Below are positions 11,806 through 55,056 of a DNA stretch of 64,000 nt, piece after piece. Source of the DNA: Amoebidium appalachense (taxonomy: Eukaryota > Protista > Ichthyosporea); assembly GCA_963693365.1 (NCBI GenBank), contig CAVNZM010000015.1:868001-932000 (forward strand). The letters run 5' to 3'. The position numbers were made by a program, and so were the translations under genes. Numbering within the stretch: position 1 is the first letter of the stretch; each line of letters begins with the position of its first letter. The notes beneath the pieces are model-generated. The model saw only the letters and a list, made by a program, of their open reading frames with translations. It was not told the DNA's origin and ran no database searches.

Positions 11806-12322
11806 CCCCCCCCCCCCCCCCCCCCCCCCCCCATATACATGGTCAGCCCCCCCCCCCCCCCCCCCCCCCCCTTCTAAGCTAGGCAGCCGACCCCCGGGCC
11901 GATGCAATCCTAGCAAAAGAATTCGTGGTATGCGGTTGGTGAGGTTTGATTGGTGTAAACTAAAATCTGGCGGCTGATGACGGTACACTAGTCCGTAAAG
12001 CATTTGACGTCATTAAATACTGAAATATTAGCCTAGTCTCATTAGTGAAGGGTTTAGCAACTCTTTTTAGCGGCTACGACTTTAGACTATTACTGTGAAC
12101 GCACCGGTGTGGCTCAGAACTGGAGGGAATGAAAAGAAAAGATGAAAAGAGAAGTGAATAGTCCCAAGAACGATTTTTTTGGCGGAATTGTTATTTACAG
12201 TTTCTGTTTGGTAGACCAAGTATACATATTTTTTGTTAAGCAGGGTGGTATGAAAGAAGCATAAGCAGAGTAGTGAGAGCTTTGCCTCGCGGAGTGGCCT
12301 GCCTCCGCCCCATCTCTTCACC

Positions 12323-41529
<29,207 letters not shown>

Positions 41530-41977
41530 CGGGATATATGTGCGTGCGATCGGACGTGTTCGAGCGTGATCTAGTAGCTTTGGCGCGATTGAAAATGATG
41601 CGAAGGATTTAGAATATAGATTTCGTTTAGTATGAAGAACTCGTTTGATTATTTTGATTTGGTCACTGCAAAATGTTTGATGTGTGGCCAGGCCTTAGTG
41701 ACCGACTTTTTTTGTAGGTGTGAGGTGTCCGTTGTTTTTTTTTTTTTTTTTTTTTTTTGTTTTTTTTTTTGTTTTTTTGGGGTGTGGGGGGGTGGGTGGG
41801 TGGGTGGTGGTGGGGGGGGGAGGGGATAAATTGGTAACAAAAAACTGTCAACAAAACAGGGCAGCGTTTAGACAGAAAAAACGACCCGTAAATGTTTTTG
41901 GATCTTTAGTTGTGAAATTAGTTGGTTTTTGCCGGTGTGGTACTACTGTACATGTGACCCCTTCTCCTTTCCTTTTT

Positions 41978-42110
<133 letters not shown>

Positions 42111-42597
42111 CACACTTGGGCCGAGTGTGACCAACGGCAACAGCATATAGACTGCGACTTTTCGGTGAGTGTTTTCCCATACAGTGTTGATGTGACTCAG
42201 TATGATAAGCATGTGCATATTGGGAGTAGGGTATGCTGGAGATGTATGACGATTTGCGGTGTATAAAATACTCAAACAATAATTCAATCCAATACTCGAT
42301 ATTCTGGCCACACCAAGGTATCTGGGCCGCCATTCGTACTGAACCTGCAATTCACCAACATCAGGGCATAGTACCGGCTCTATACAGAACCTATACAGGC
42401 CCTTCCCCCTCCCCCCCCCCCCCCCCCCCCCCTTCCCCTCAAAAACACACACACACACACACACACCACGGCCACGAACACGACCAACAGCCCCAGAAGA
42501 CTCTTTTTTCTGGGCTGCGGGGCCTTTTTTCCTTCTAGTTAAACTGCTGAACATAAATTTTTGATTAGTTTGACTCCCGATAGGCGGAAGACGGTAA

Positions 42598-42710
42598 GGC
42601 ATTTTTGAATTTGAAATGGGGGGGTGGGCAATAGTAAGTATTGAGGTCCTCTCTGGTGGTGGGTCCCCCCCCCCCCCCCCCCCTCCCTAAACTGACCACC
42701 AGAATGGTGG

Positions 42711-42746
<36 letters not shown>

Positions 42747-44053
42747 AGGGGGTCCCACCTCTTTAGTGGGGTGGTGGGTCCCCTCCCCCTTCCCCCCCGC
42801 GGGGAATCCAACGGGACCCTCCGCACCGGCCGCGGCTGCGTACCTTCTCAAGTTCTGAGAGGCTCGCCTCCTCCCCCCCCCCCCCTCCCCCCCCCCCCCC
42901 CCTTCCCCCCTCTCACTCCACCACCATCCCCAACATTAAGTTTGCGCTAAGTCTTCTTCCCTTCCTTTTATTAATAATAACCAAGGCTTCGAATTTTGAC
43001 AAAGTTAGGGCAAATCTATCATGCACAACATGTCAATGGGAGTGTGTGTCTGCAATTTTTGTGCCGTGTAGAAGTGGGTCCGTGTGTGTGTGTGTCCTTA
43101 AGGTGGGTGGGCATTCGGCACTGCTAATCACTGTGGTGGCCTGACATTGTGCAAGTAGACGTCGTGCCACATGTGCAAGCTGTGTGGACGCAATGCCCTT
43201 AGCATGTGCCAAATTACATGGAGTCACACGGCGTGCTAGAGAAGAGGGTGTGTGCACACGTGTGGGTCACGGTCACTGTGCATGTGTGTCTCAGTGCATG
43301 TTTGCCTGTGTGTGCGTTTGTGTGCATATGTGTGCGTGTGTTGTGTATGTGTGTGTGTCAGTGATTGAGAGAGCTCCCAAATTCTCTGGCCCAAATCTGC
43401 ACGCGCGCATGTGCCTTTTGTGGCATGTGTGTCTGAGTTGCCATAATATGTGTGTGTGTGTGTGTGAACGGTTGTTCAATTGCAATTGATGAGCATGCAT
43501 GATGGCGCATGATGAATGGATGAAATTGCATCAGACAAATAAACGGGGGGGGGGGGCGGAGGGGGGGGGGGGGGGAGGAGGGAGGGGAGGGAGAGGAGGG
43601 GGGGGGGGGGAAGGAGGGGGGGAGATAGATAAAGAGCGAAAAAGAGGGCGTGGTGGTGTTGTGATGGTGGTGGCCATGGGGGGGGGGGGGGGGGGGGGGG
43701 GGGAGGGGGAGGACGGTGAGGGGGGGGGGGGGGGGGGGGGGGGGAATAAGGGGAAGCAGTTAGAGAGGAAAAGGGGAATTCAGAATGTGTGCCACGTGTG
43801 CGCGCGCACCATTATACAAAGAAGAGCATATTACCCTACGGCAGTCTATGATCATGGGTGTATTGGAGAGCGTGCGCGCACGTGTGTGTGCCTGCGTGTG
43901 CAAGGGTGCTTTACTGTACATTGTCGAGAAAATCAGTGGTCATTAGCAACCAGCCATTGCGCATGCGGTCTCTGTATGAGATCTTAAGGGGCGTAGAGAG
44001 GGGAGGCCCCCACGGGCGCTGAGCAGCGGTCGTTCCGGGGGGAGGGAGGGGGG

Positions 44054-44108
<55 letters not shown>

Positions 44109-44380
44109 GGGGGAGAGGGGGGGGGGGGGGGGGGGGGGAGGGGGGGGGAGATGCCTAGCTACCTGGTAAGCAGGTCCAATGTGACCCAGGGCCTGATAAT
44201 TGATACCAATTAGTGGATGTAGAGAAGGTGCCAATGCCATTATGTTTTCAAGTTGGTGTCAAGATATATACTAATACATAATAGTCATATTTGGGTAGCC
44301 CCCCTCCCCCCCCCCCCCCCCTTGGGTGGTGGTAGGTCCCCCCCCCCCCCCCCCTTCCCCAGCCGGCGGAGGGGTGGTGG

Positions 44381-44421
<41 letters not shown>

Positions 44422-44463
44422 ACTTACTACTACCCCCCTCCCCGTTTCAAAATCAAAAAAGCC
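42598..44463. mobile_element. Probable non-autonomous PIF/Harbinger-like DNA element
   Basis: Imperfect TIRs ggcatttttgaatttgaaatggg...agtaagt / acttact...cccgtttcaaaatcaaaaaagcc, flanked by TAA on both sides (42595-42597, 44464-44466). GGTGGTGGGTCCC motifs near both ends; no transposase. Confidence 0.55.
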
Positions 44464-44552
44464 TAAGCTCCCCTGAGGCAGTGCCTCACTGGGAGTGAAA
44501 CAGGATTAAATAAAAAAATAAAATAAAAATTGACTCCCGGATCACCCCTCTC

Positions 44553-44584
<32 letters not shown>

Positions 44585-45861
44585 AGTGCCGCGAGTCGGA
44601 CACGTTGTGCACACCCCGGGACACGTACTGTGTGACTGTACGTGGAATACACCCATGCACGGACACAATTAAGCACACAGACACGGTGTCACACGCATGC
44701 ATGCACGTGGCACATACACACACAAACACACACACACACACACACACACACGCTCACACACACACCACACACGGGTACACACACACACACACACACACGT
44801 GTACACACACACTGTCACGGACACTCGAGTGATCCAACACGCACGCACGCACAAACACACACGTGCTGGCACATACACACACACACACGTGTACACACAC
44901 TGTCACGGACACTCAACACGCATGCACGCATACACACACGCACATACACACGTATACACGTGCGCACACACACACACCGTGACAAACACACACTCACACA
45001 CACGTACACACACACGCACACACACAGATCACCGTGGCATATACGAGTCGGGAAAATAGTCCACCAATCAGTTGACGGAAACAGAATTCAAGTGTGGCGA
45101 CAAAACGTTTGCATGACATAGAGCGAATAGATAAGTTTTTCCCACAATAAACCCGTATATGGCTTATCTTTATGAGATCAAGCGAATGGTAGGAAGCCTG
45201 CTTGGTTTTATATAAGCGTGTATGTCACAGCGGTGCATGATTTCTATTTCTTCTTTAACGACATTTTGGTTTTGAGGCGACATTTTTTTCTCATGTTTTT
45301 TCATTGAGTCGGCTGTTTTTTTTCAAGTTCGGTTAATGCTTGATGGAAAAGTTCTTTTGAACGCGGCACACACGCGGCACACATTATTTAGACCGCACCA
45401 CACGTGCATGCGTGCTGGGTTTTCAGCACCCCTGCGCACGTGCTTTGACGTGTGTTCCGAAGTGGGCTCTGCCGGGCGGCCTTCAAGCAGCAGCCTCTGC
45501 GAGTCGGTGGAAAGCGCGCAAGCCTGCACCTCCCGGCACGTGTGTTTGCGTGTGTGCGTGTGCGTGCGTGTGTGTGCGTGCGACGGTGTGTGCGTGCGCG
45601 CGCGTGTGCACACAAGCTCAAGCGCCCGGGTTTGTAGCTGTGTGGTGCGTCTGTACGCTTTGAATTGAATAGTAGCAACACCGCAACGTAAAATGTGCAC
45701 GGTCATCACTGCGTAACAACCAATCCCCCCCGTCCCCCTCACCCCGCTTCCCCCCTCTTCGCCCACACACACATACACACGTGCCCGCGCGCTCGCATAC
45801 GAACGCAAGCACATGCGCACGGGCGCACGCACACACGCACACACACACACACACACGTACG

Positions 45862-45893
<32 letters not shown>

Positions 45894-46345
45894 CACGCAC
45901 GCACAAACACGCACACACACACATACACACACACACGCACGCACGCACGCACACACAGACACACACACACACACACAGCACACAGACAGACAGACAGGCA
46001 ATCAATGTGAACGCCATTAAATCACCTCTTCCCCCACCTTTCCCCCCTCCCCCCTTTCCCCCCTCCCCCTCCCCCCCCTCCCCTCTCCTCCTCCTCCTCC
46101 TCCCCCGTCCCCACCCCCTGCGCAAGAGGAGGAGGGGGAAAATACTTAACGCGGAGCCCTACGACGGCCAAGGGATTCCCTCTCTGGGAAGCGAAGACAG
46201 CCGAATAAAGTTGCTGCAGGCAGAAATATTCTGCAAAACGTATGATGATTCTGAGTAGCATCACTCCGTGCTGAGCAGAACAACTCTGCTGTTGTCGTTA
46301 AGCCTTTTTTTGTGCGGCCTTTCTTAGCGGGTGGGGCGGGCGGGT

Positions 46346-46431
<86 letters not shown>

Positions 46432-46787
46432 GGGGGGAGGGGATAAGATGGGACCGATTTTTGGTTAGGCTACAAGACCTTACAGGCGGAAGACAAAATC
46501 TATTTCGATAAGCAACAGGTAGGGTCGCTGATGTATGTAATAATGTACACCGTTAATCAAAGTTCACATGCACAGGCACTCATAATTCCAACCTCCCTCC
46601 TCAAACCCCCCCCCCCCCCTCCCCCTCCCCCCCTCCCCCCCCCCCCCCCCCCAGCCGGCAGTGACTGAAGTGTGTGTGTGCACGTGCGCGTTTGTGTGGA
46701 GGGAGGGGGCGGGGGGGGGGGGGAGGGGGGGGAGGGAGGGGGAAGGACATATGTGTATCTCTATATGTGGGTGTGTTTGGGTGTTAC

Positions 46788-46825
<38 letters not shown>

Positions 46826-48869
46826 AATACTGTTAGTATATAGGAGGCCTTGTTGTGCAGCCATCAGTCAGGAGAATATGAAATGTGTGTGCTCAAAACG
46901 GATCCGCTTTTTGCTGAATGGTTTTTTTTTTTTTTTTTTTTTTTGGGCAGAATTGATATGCTCAAGGCAGAACGATTCTCAGAAGCTTTTGCAAAAGAAC
47001 TTTGCTTTTTAGACGTGCATAACCGCCTTTGAATTGAATATTACTGCACACATCATATGATTTTGAAGAATGAGTTTGCACGCACAAAGTCTATCTTCGT
47101 GCCATGGGCCATCACACTGTTGAATTGCGCCGAGATATATGTACAATTGCAAAAATAAAAAATAACCCCACACAACATTTTTCGTTTTTTAGGGAGGAAA
47201 AACGTCGAAATCTCAATACAACACCGGCAGCCAAAGTTTTGTGGCTATAGTCTAAGCCATGACAACTTATCCCGATGATTAAGTGTGGCTACGCGTATGA
47301 ATAATACTATAAAAAGGGTTGAATAAACGGTAAATATTGGCACTGAAACTGAGCAAAAGAATGGCCTGGCAGTAAGGTAAACATGTATACAGTTGTGCCT
47401 CACTGTCAAAAACTCCCATACATGTGCACCCGGTCTGAGATACGTGTGCATATTCATGATGCCAATCACAGTGTGACAAGTGCAGTATGACTGATAGAGG
47501 GGTGGCAGAGTTGCGGCACACCTGAAGTGCACACGACAAGCGCGTGTATGTCACGGTGTATGTGTGTGTGTGTGTGTGTGTGTGCGTGCACGTGTGCGTG
47601 TGTGCATGCGCGTGCGCGCGTGGTTTTTTGTATTTGTGTGTAAATAGGTTGAGTACTTGTGTGTGTGCACATATGTACGTGCGTGTGCAGCCCCCCCCCC
47701 CCGCCCTCCCCCCTCCCCTCCCCCCGCTCTCCCGCCCCCCCCTCCCCCAAACCCCCCTCCTGGCCCCTCCCCCTCCACCCCCTCGCTGCATGTCTTCTCT
47801 CCTGTCCGGTCTCCGCGTTCTCCGGGGGCGTGAAGCGGAGATGAAAAAACAGCCACAAAAAAAACTTTGAAAAAAGAAAAAGAAATAAAAAGAAAAAGAA
47901 AAAGAAGAAAAAGAAGAAAAGGAGAGAAAAAAAGAAGGGAAACAGGGAGAAAAAACGACAAACAGAGGCACCTAGGAGCTCGGTGCCACGGTCCATTTGG
48001 GGGAACCGCACAGTCACGCAGAGTTGCCAAATAATGATTGTGTCATGATATTATTTTAATTTTTATTTTTGATGATCAATTTCATTTAGAGCTCAAGCAT
48101 CAGACAAGGCCAAGAGTGGATTTAATGAGTACAGTTGTCATAGACAAACCGAGATAGTCGCTTAGATAGAGTCACCAGATATCCAATGAGATATACCAAA
48201 TGCGAAAATTCAACAGTAGGCAGGTGGTATGTAGGACTGCTGAAAGTTGGTTTATGTCATTCAAATATCATCTTGGCCCACACCGAGTACATAGTTAATA
48301 TCATATGCATTTCTAGTCTACATACGGGGATGATACTCGGGAACAACACGTTCTACATATGGAAGGGGAGGAATTTGGGAACAACACGTTCCGAGTAAGG
48401 CCAGGAAACTCGGAACAACGAGTTCTCAGGAAGAAACTTGGGGTGTAGTTCCACTATATGCCGTATGCATCATGAGTCAAAGCCGGCAAGCTAAGAGTGC
48501 CAAGTTGAGGGAATTACAGCACCACAATTACGTTATTCGGAAAATATCACAAACATAAAATTTATTGGGGATACATTACCCCAATTCAACAGCGTAGGGG
48601 AGACGTAATGAGAAAAATTTAAAAATTAATTACCAATAACATAATGCTGTTACGCATGTTTCGATCATAAAGTGCCTACACAACCATTCGTGAATAATCC
48701 AAACCTAAAGCAGATAATGTAACCATTTATGATATAGGAACTGGGAAACTGCAATGCAATCACACAAATGATTACTAACAGTACAACATAACAACAAACA
48801 GAGCTGGTCCCATTTCAGTCATTCGAGATTTGATAGGAAAACATTCCCTTGTTGCATCAATCGTGTTGA

Positions 48870-49152
48870 TCAGTAGCAGGACGTGATGTACACTCCCCTG
48901 CAGGCAAAGGATTAGTGGAAATCATGCACAACCAAAACAAACACACACACACAGACAAAAAAGCAATGACACACAGAAAAAAGATAGGCACACAGGCACA
49001 CGTACGTGTGTGGTTGGCTGACACATACTCATGAAAGAAAGGAGGAAAGAGGGAGGGGGGAGAGGGAGGGGGGGGGAGGGGGGGGGGGGGGGTGAGAGGC
49101 AGAGAGAGAGAAGGAGAGAGAGAGGGAGAGGGAGAGGGAGCGAGAGCGAGAG

Positions 49153-49196
<44 letters not shown>

Positions 49197-49300
49197 GGGG
49201 TGTTTGGTGTGTGTGTGGGGGGGGGGGGGGGAGGGGGGGGAGATGGTGAGGGATGGATGGAAGGAGCGAGATCTGCGAGTGCGTGAGATCTTGAGAGAGA

Positions 49301-49352
<52 letters not shown>

Positions 49353-49738
49353 CAGAGAGAGAGAGAGAGAAGGAGTAAAAGAGACGATTGGAAACAACGT
49401 TAGGCGGAGCAAAGACGTCATGGCGAAGGGAAAAAATTAAAACGCCTGGGGAAGGGGGAATGGAAAATGGAATCGCTTGCACCGATTGGTGTGTGCGGGC
49501 GTTAAGAATGTGTTCAAGAGTACAAAGCACACAGTCACGACGGATAACGACACAGATATTGCAAAACAGCACACAGAAAGTATGCATCCTAAGTAGAGCA
49601 CATCCTTCGGTGGGGGCCCGGGAAGGGAGGAAAGGGAGAGGGGGAAAGGGAAAAGAGGCCGAAAGAGGGTTAAAAAAAAGCAGAGTAGAACAAGGCACAC
49701 GAGCTCCCGGGAAAGGGAACTAGAAGGTATTTACGAAG

Positions 49739-49785
<47 letters not shown>

Positions 49786-50019
49786 AGGGGGGAGGGGGTG
49801 GAGTTTGGGGGGAGGGGGGGGGGGAGACAACAGAGCAACATGCCAAAATAGACGAGCGTATAAAAATGTGTTATATATTTGGGTGAGATTTATAGGCCCT
49901 TTCTGGTCAGGCAGGCACACATCAGGCCAATCATATGGCCTGAAAATCATTCGAGTCTGACCCGATCCGAGAACACTACAAATGGCCCTTCCTTAATATT
50001 TGACCACAGGTGTGTGTGT

Positions 50020-50059
<40 letters not shown>

Positions 50060-51246
50060 ATACCTGGCAAACTGGGGGCAGCGGGCAAGGACGTTTTCAA
50101 ACTCGACATAGGAGAGACGACCATCCCCATCTATGGAGGCTTCTTCTAGAACCTAATGGAAAGAACTTGGTGTCAGTGTGAAATAGTCCAGTTGCAAACA
50201 CTTCAGACAGACTTTTTTCTTTTGGCCTGTCCTTTTGCGGTCTCTACTTTCCAGATGTGGTGGAGTGAATCAAAGCTGAGCCAGTTGTCTACACAAACGC
50301 ACACGCACGCACACACACACACACACAGACACAAACACACAGAAAAACACTCGCGCAACAACGCGGCACACAACAGACACACAACAGTGAAAAAGGCACA
50401 AGTGTCCACAGTTATATCGATCCCCCCCTCCCCCCCCTCCCCCCCCCCCCCCCAACACACACACACACACATGCATGCCCCTACACCCCCACCAACCTCC
50501 CCCCCCCCCCCCCCCCCAAACACACCCACATCCACCCACCCACCCACCGACGTCCATGCCCAACAAAACACGTTCGAAAATCATGTTCGTTTCGTGCAAC
50601 CACGTACCAGCATGGCGATACACTCAATCTCATCGTCTTTAAGGTATCCCTTGTAGAGAACTCGCAGCAGCGCCTGCAGGTCAGACTTGCACAGAAACCC
50701 GTCCTCGTTAAAGTCTGTGTGCACCACGGGAAAAAAGTTAAAGAAATATCAGTATTTCTGGCGGTTTCCCTTGTATGGATATTGCGGAATTTAAAAAAAA
50801 GCGAATTGATAAATATGAAGGCAAAGCCAAACACATATTCTAACACTCGGATACCAGTGTACTGTAGGGCTGACGTCATATCGACGTGACGATGTGAAAC
50901 GCCAACACAGGGCTTTAGGTAAGCAATTCATCGCGCCGGGGTTGAGGGGGAGGAGGGGGGGAATGGGGGGGGGGGGGGGGGGGGGGTGGCGGGGCAGGGA
51001 ATTTGTCACTTAGTTCAAATTACACACGACGGACAACATAATGCAGATTCAACAATGCACACAAAAGAGCATGCACAATTGGTGAAGAATCCCCAGGGCG
51101 GTACACGTCATCCACAGTACCTTAGTGTGCATGCTCGTGTACATGTGTGTGTGTGGTGTGTGTGTGTATGTGTGTACACGCGCGCATGTCTTTGTGCATG
51201 CGCGTGTGTAAGGGTGGGTGGAGGTGGTGATGGTGGTGGTGGTGGT

Positions 51247-51292
<46 letters not shown>

Positions 51293-51926
51293 AAGAGGTG
51301 TTGGGGTGTTGGGGGTAGGGAGGGGAGTGGAGGGGGGCGGGAGGGGGGGGGGGGGGGGGGGGGCGATGCGCACCATAGAGTCTGAACAGACACATTGCCT
51401 TTACGTCTTGGGTGGCCTTGTCGGAGAACACAGACAGCATGTCTAGAAAGTCCTCAAACGACAGATCCCCTGTCCGATCCTACACAGAACACGAACATGT
51501 TAATTAATAATATAGTTTTAAACATGATTCAATAACAATAAACGATCATGTGGCCCCACCTAGCTCCCCCCCCCCCCCCCTCCCCCCGGGGCCCCGGTTC
51601 CCGGGTGCGTGCCGCATTTTGTATGTGTGTGTGTGTATGTTTTTTGTGTGCGGGCGTGGAGGTGTATGTGTGTGTGTCATTGTGTGCACGTGTGTGCACG
51701 GGCACACACAGGTTTATGTTTGTGTGTAGGTGTGTGTGTGTGTGTGTTTGTGTGCGTGCGTGTGTGGATTGATAAGAGTGTGAGTGTGTGCTTATGCCTG
51801 GTTGGGAACAAAGTGATGGGACAAGTGGCAAGGAGAGGAAGAGAGCCGAAAGAGGAAGGAGGGCAAACACCAGGCTGCGCTGGCAGGCGCAAGGAGACAC
51901 TATGTTAAGTATATGTTTTGCCATGT

Positions 51927-51994
<68 letters not shown>

Positions 51995-52133
51995 ACCAGT
52001 GGTCGGGTGTGTTGGTGTGTGAGTGTAGGTGCGATTGTGTGTGTGTGTGAGTTCGGGCGTGTCACATGTGTGTGTGTGGGCGCGAGAGAGGGGGGAATAG
52101 GGGGGGCGTGTGTGTTTGTTTGTGTTTCATAGC

Positions 52134-52186
<53 letters not shown>

Positions 52187-53624
52187 TGTGCATTTGTGTG
52201 CGCGTGTGCGGGCGCAGGGTACACACACACACGTGTGCATTTGTGTGTGCGCGTGCGTGTATACCCTGTGCCCGCACACACACAACCGCTCAAGCCTGTG
52301 TGGGTGTAAAGGTGTGTGTACGAATTTGTGTGTGTGTGTGTGTGCGTGCGTGTGTGTGTGTGCACGCACACACGTGTGTGCGTGCGCATACAAGTGTTGA
52401 TATATTTATGCGATGTGCAGAAAAAAGAACCCCACACGACCGTCTGTGTGCAACCCACCTCGCTAAACATCTGGCATATTCTCCGTGCAAATGGGTTTGC
52501 TTGCAGCTCTGTGCAGAAGATTGCATCCTCTAGCATGAGATATGCTTTGCCTCCAGAGAGCTCGTGGAAACGATGGTATATCCTGCATGGTAAAGTGATT
52601 GATTGACAAGTGCTTCTTGTATCGACCGAGAGGTTTCAGGGAAAATGGGAGGAACCAAGAGCCGATTCCTGGAAAGTGTTCCTTTCAAAAGTGTAGTGAC
52701 CCTCAGCGTCAGCTCCAAACACACACGCATGCATACACGCACACACAACACACGTGCTGCACACAGCACACAGCACACACACACGTACACACACGTACGT
52801 ACGTGCACACACACACACACAAACACACACACATATACACATACACCTACACACACACAGATACTCATACACGCACAAACACACACCCACACCAACACAC
52901 ACACGCACACACACACACACAAACACACACCTGCCTGCACACAACAACGCCCACCCACACACCCACACACGCACACACACATGCACACATACACACATAC
53001 AGACACACACATACGCGTGCGCGCCCAGGCGCAAGTATACACACAGACACACAGATCTATCGGCCGACAGATCCAGCACCCCATGCACGAACCACCCACT
53101 TCAACACTAACACGTTCTGGCATACGTGTCTCTGTGTCTATACAGTGACAGCTTTCATTGATGCCATTGACTATTGGGGCTTCTATTTCTTCACATTAAA
53201 GACTCTCGAAGACACAGAAGTACATAAAACCGAATGAAGTCTTACCTGAGAACTTCATTCCTGGTAAAGAACGTATTTCCCTGTGGGGAAAGATCCAAAG
53301 TGATTAGTTAGATGCCATCACAAGTGTGCAGGGATCCTGACGAACCCACCTTACTGAACATCTAAAGTCCAAACACCGAAACCTACAAATAAATATTGAT
53401 GCAGTCAAAAATTCTGCTTATAGAGATTACACGGGCTCGCCTCCAAAGCGTGTGCATCAAAGTTTCAAGATTTTGAACCAGGTCAAGCAAAAGGTGCCCT
53501 GCTGTTTCCTATTGTAGGACAGGGGGAGGGAAGAAGTAGCGCATGTTGAAGGATTTGTTCTTACCATGTATTCCTCCAGCTGTTCTGGTGTAAGAGGCTG
53601 TTGCTTTCGGAATGCGTTTCCCAT
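48870..53624 (-). CDS. CIB: Calcium- and integrin-binding (CIB)/calcineurin-B-like EF-hand protein
   Basis: Exons 53624-53565, 53280-53246, 52582-52459, 51479-51374, 50714-50608, 50152-50064, 48897-48870 (last exon least sure). MGNAF..., TFFTRNEVLR, ELQANPFARRICQMFSED, LSFEDFLDMLSVFS, FRLYDFNEDGFL, DGDGRLSYVEFENVL. Confidence 0.88.
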
Positions 53625-54679
53625 TTTGAATCGGAAAGTGTGGCTGAACGCCCAACTCGTACTAGGTCTGACGGTCACCTCTCTCTTTATAGTGTACCCA
53701 AGTAGTGCTGTTCTGTGCCTTACCACCCAGAAGAACACACATTTATCACTACTGCTATGGTAGTTATACCTCAACCTACAAGATAACTAAATAGACGCGA
53801 TAGTATGCCAATTGCAATAATAAAAGCGTGTGTGAGATCCGGTCGAACACTGTATTATGTGAGGCTTTCTTCCAGAATCACCAACATAGATCTCAAAGCT
53901 TCTTCAACGTGGATCCCTGTTTAGCAACGTGTGAATTTGACAAGCACTAAACTTCTTATCTACGTTTTTTTATGATAGTTATTGAAAAAGTAGACTCCAT
54001 GTAAAACTAAGTCGTATTCTTTGTCGTTTGTTTTCTAACATGTCCTTCAAATTTGCGAAGCCTTTGCAGGGATAGTCAAGTAAGAGTTCAACGGTAGTAA
54101 GGCTTGTGCCACGTTCTCCCTAAACCACAAGTTGATAGCTCCAAACAGACGCACCTTTTGAACCAATCCAATACTACCAAATCTAACCATATAAGGTAGC
54201 ATGGTACGTTCTAAGCCAATACGATGTCGCACACCCCCTAGATGATGGCCCAGCATGCAACCAGCACCAGTGCCATCAAGGTGCATCTTCACGGCCCTAG
54301 AGGGCCGTGGCATCTTGCAGCTTAGTAGGCTGACGGTGTGTGTAGTGTGCGCGCGCGCGAGTATATGAGAAGTTGATACCTACAGTAAAGAGTAGTTTCA
54401 AGAATAGATCACCAGTACGTATATAAAGCCGAGCAGGGCCTATTCATTGCTCTTCAAACTGTGCGACGAGTCGCTACACTAGCTTCTTCTCACCCAGCCC
54501 TTGAACCCATTCGTATTATGGTTTCAGTACGCGTTCTGGCTGCCCAGTTTTGAAGATCAGGCGAACTCGTAAACTAGAAGATAAAAAGGGGGAATTCAGC
54601 GATAGAAATAAATATACAAAACAATATAGCGGCATATGAAATTGGTGGTGTCCGTTCCAAGACGTGCACACTCTCTAAG

Positions 54680-55003
54680 ATGGGTCTCGGGGCCTCAACT
54701 GTAAAGCCGTCCGCCGCACACTTTGTCCAGCAGACAATAGACCAACACCCTGTGGTCATATTTAGCAAGACATGGTGTGGCTACTGCAAGGTAGTACACA
54801 TGCACGTGTTCACGTTAATTTAGTCAAATCTGTGTAGTAGAGATGGGAGGGGGCGGGGGAGGGGGAGAGGAGGCACGAGGCACGTCCCACATTACCCATA
54901 ATTAAGGATGCAGGTCTTTCTTTCTCTCTCTCCCTCCCATCCTCCCAACCCTCCACTCCCTCCCCCTCCCCCTTCCTTCGCCCCTCTCCCTCCCCTCCCT
55001 CGA

Positions 55004-55056
<53 letters not shown>

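Noticed and set aside
46141-47032. Exon-like unique segments (e.g. LKTDPLFAEW, IDMLKAERFSEAFAKELCF)
   Set aside because: I could not build a consistent gene model or recognise a family; possibly a decayed gene or element.
54290-54325. Helitron 3' end at the GC-rich hairpin
   Set aside because: No CTRR terminus at the expected distance and no matching 5' end.
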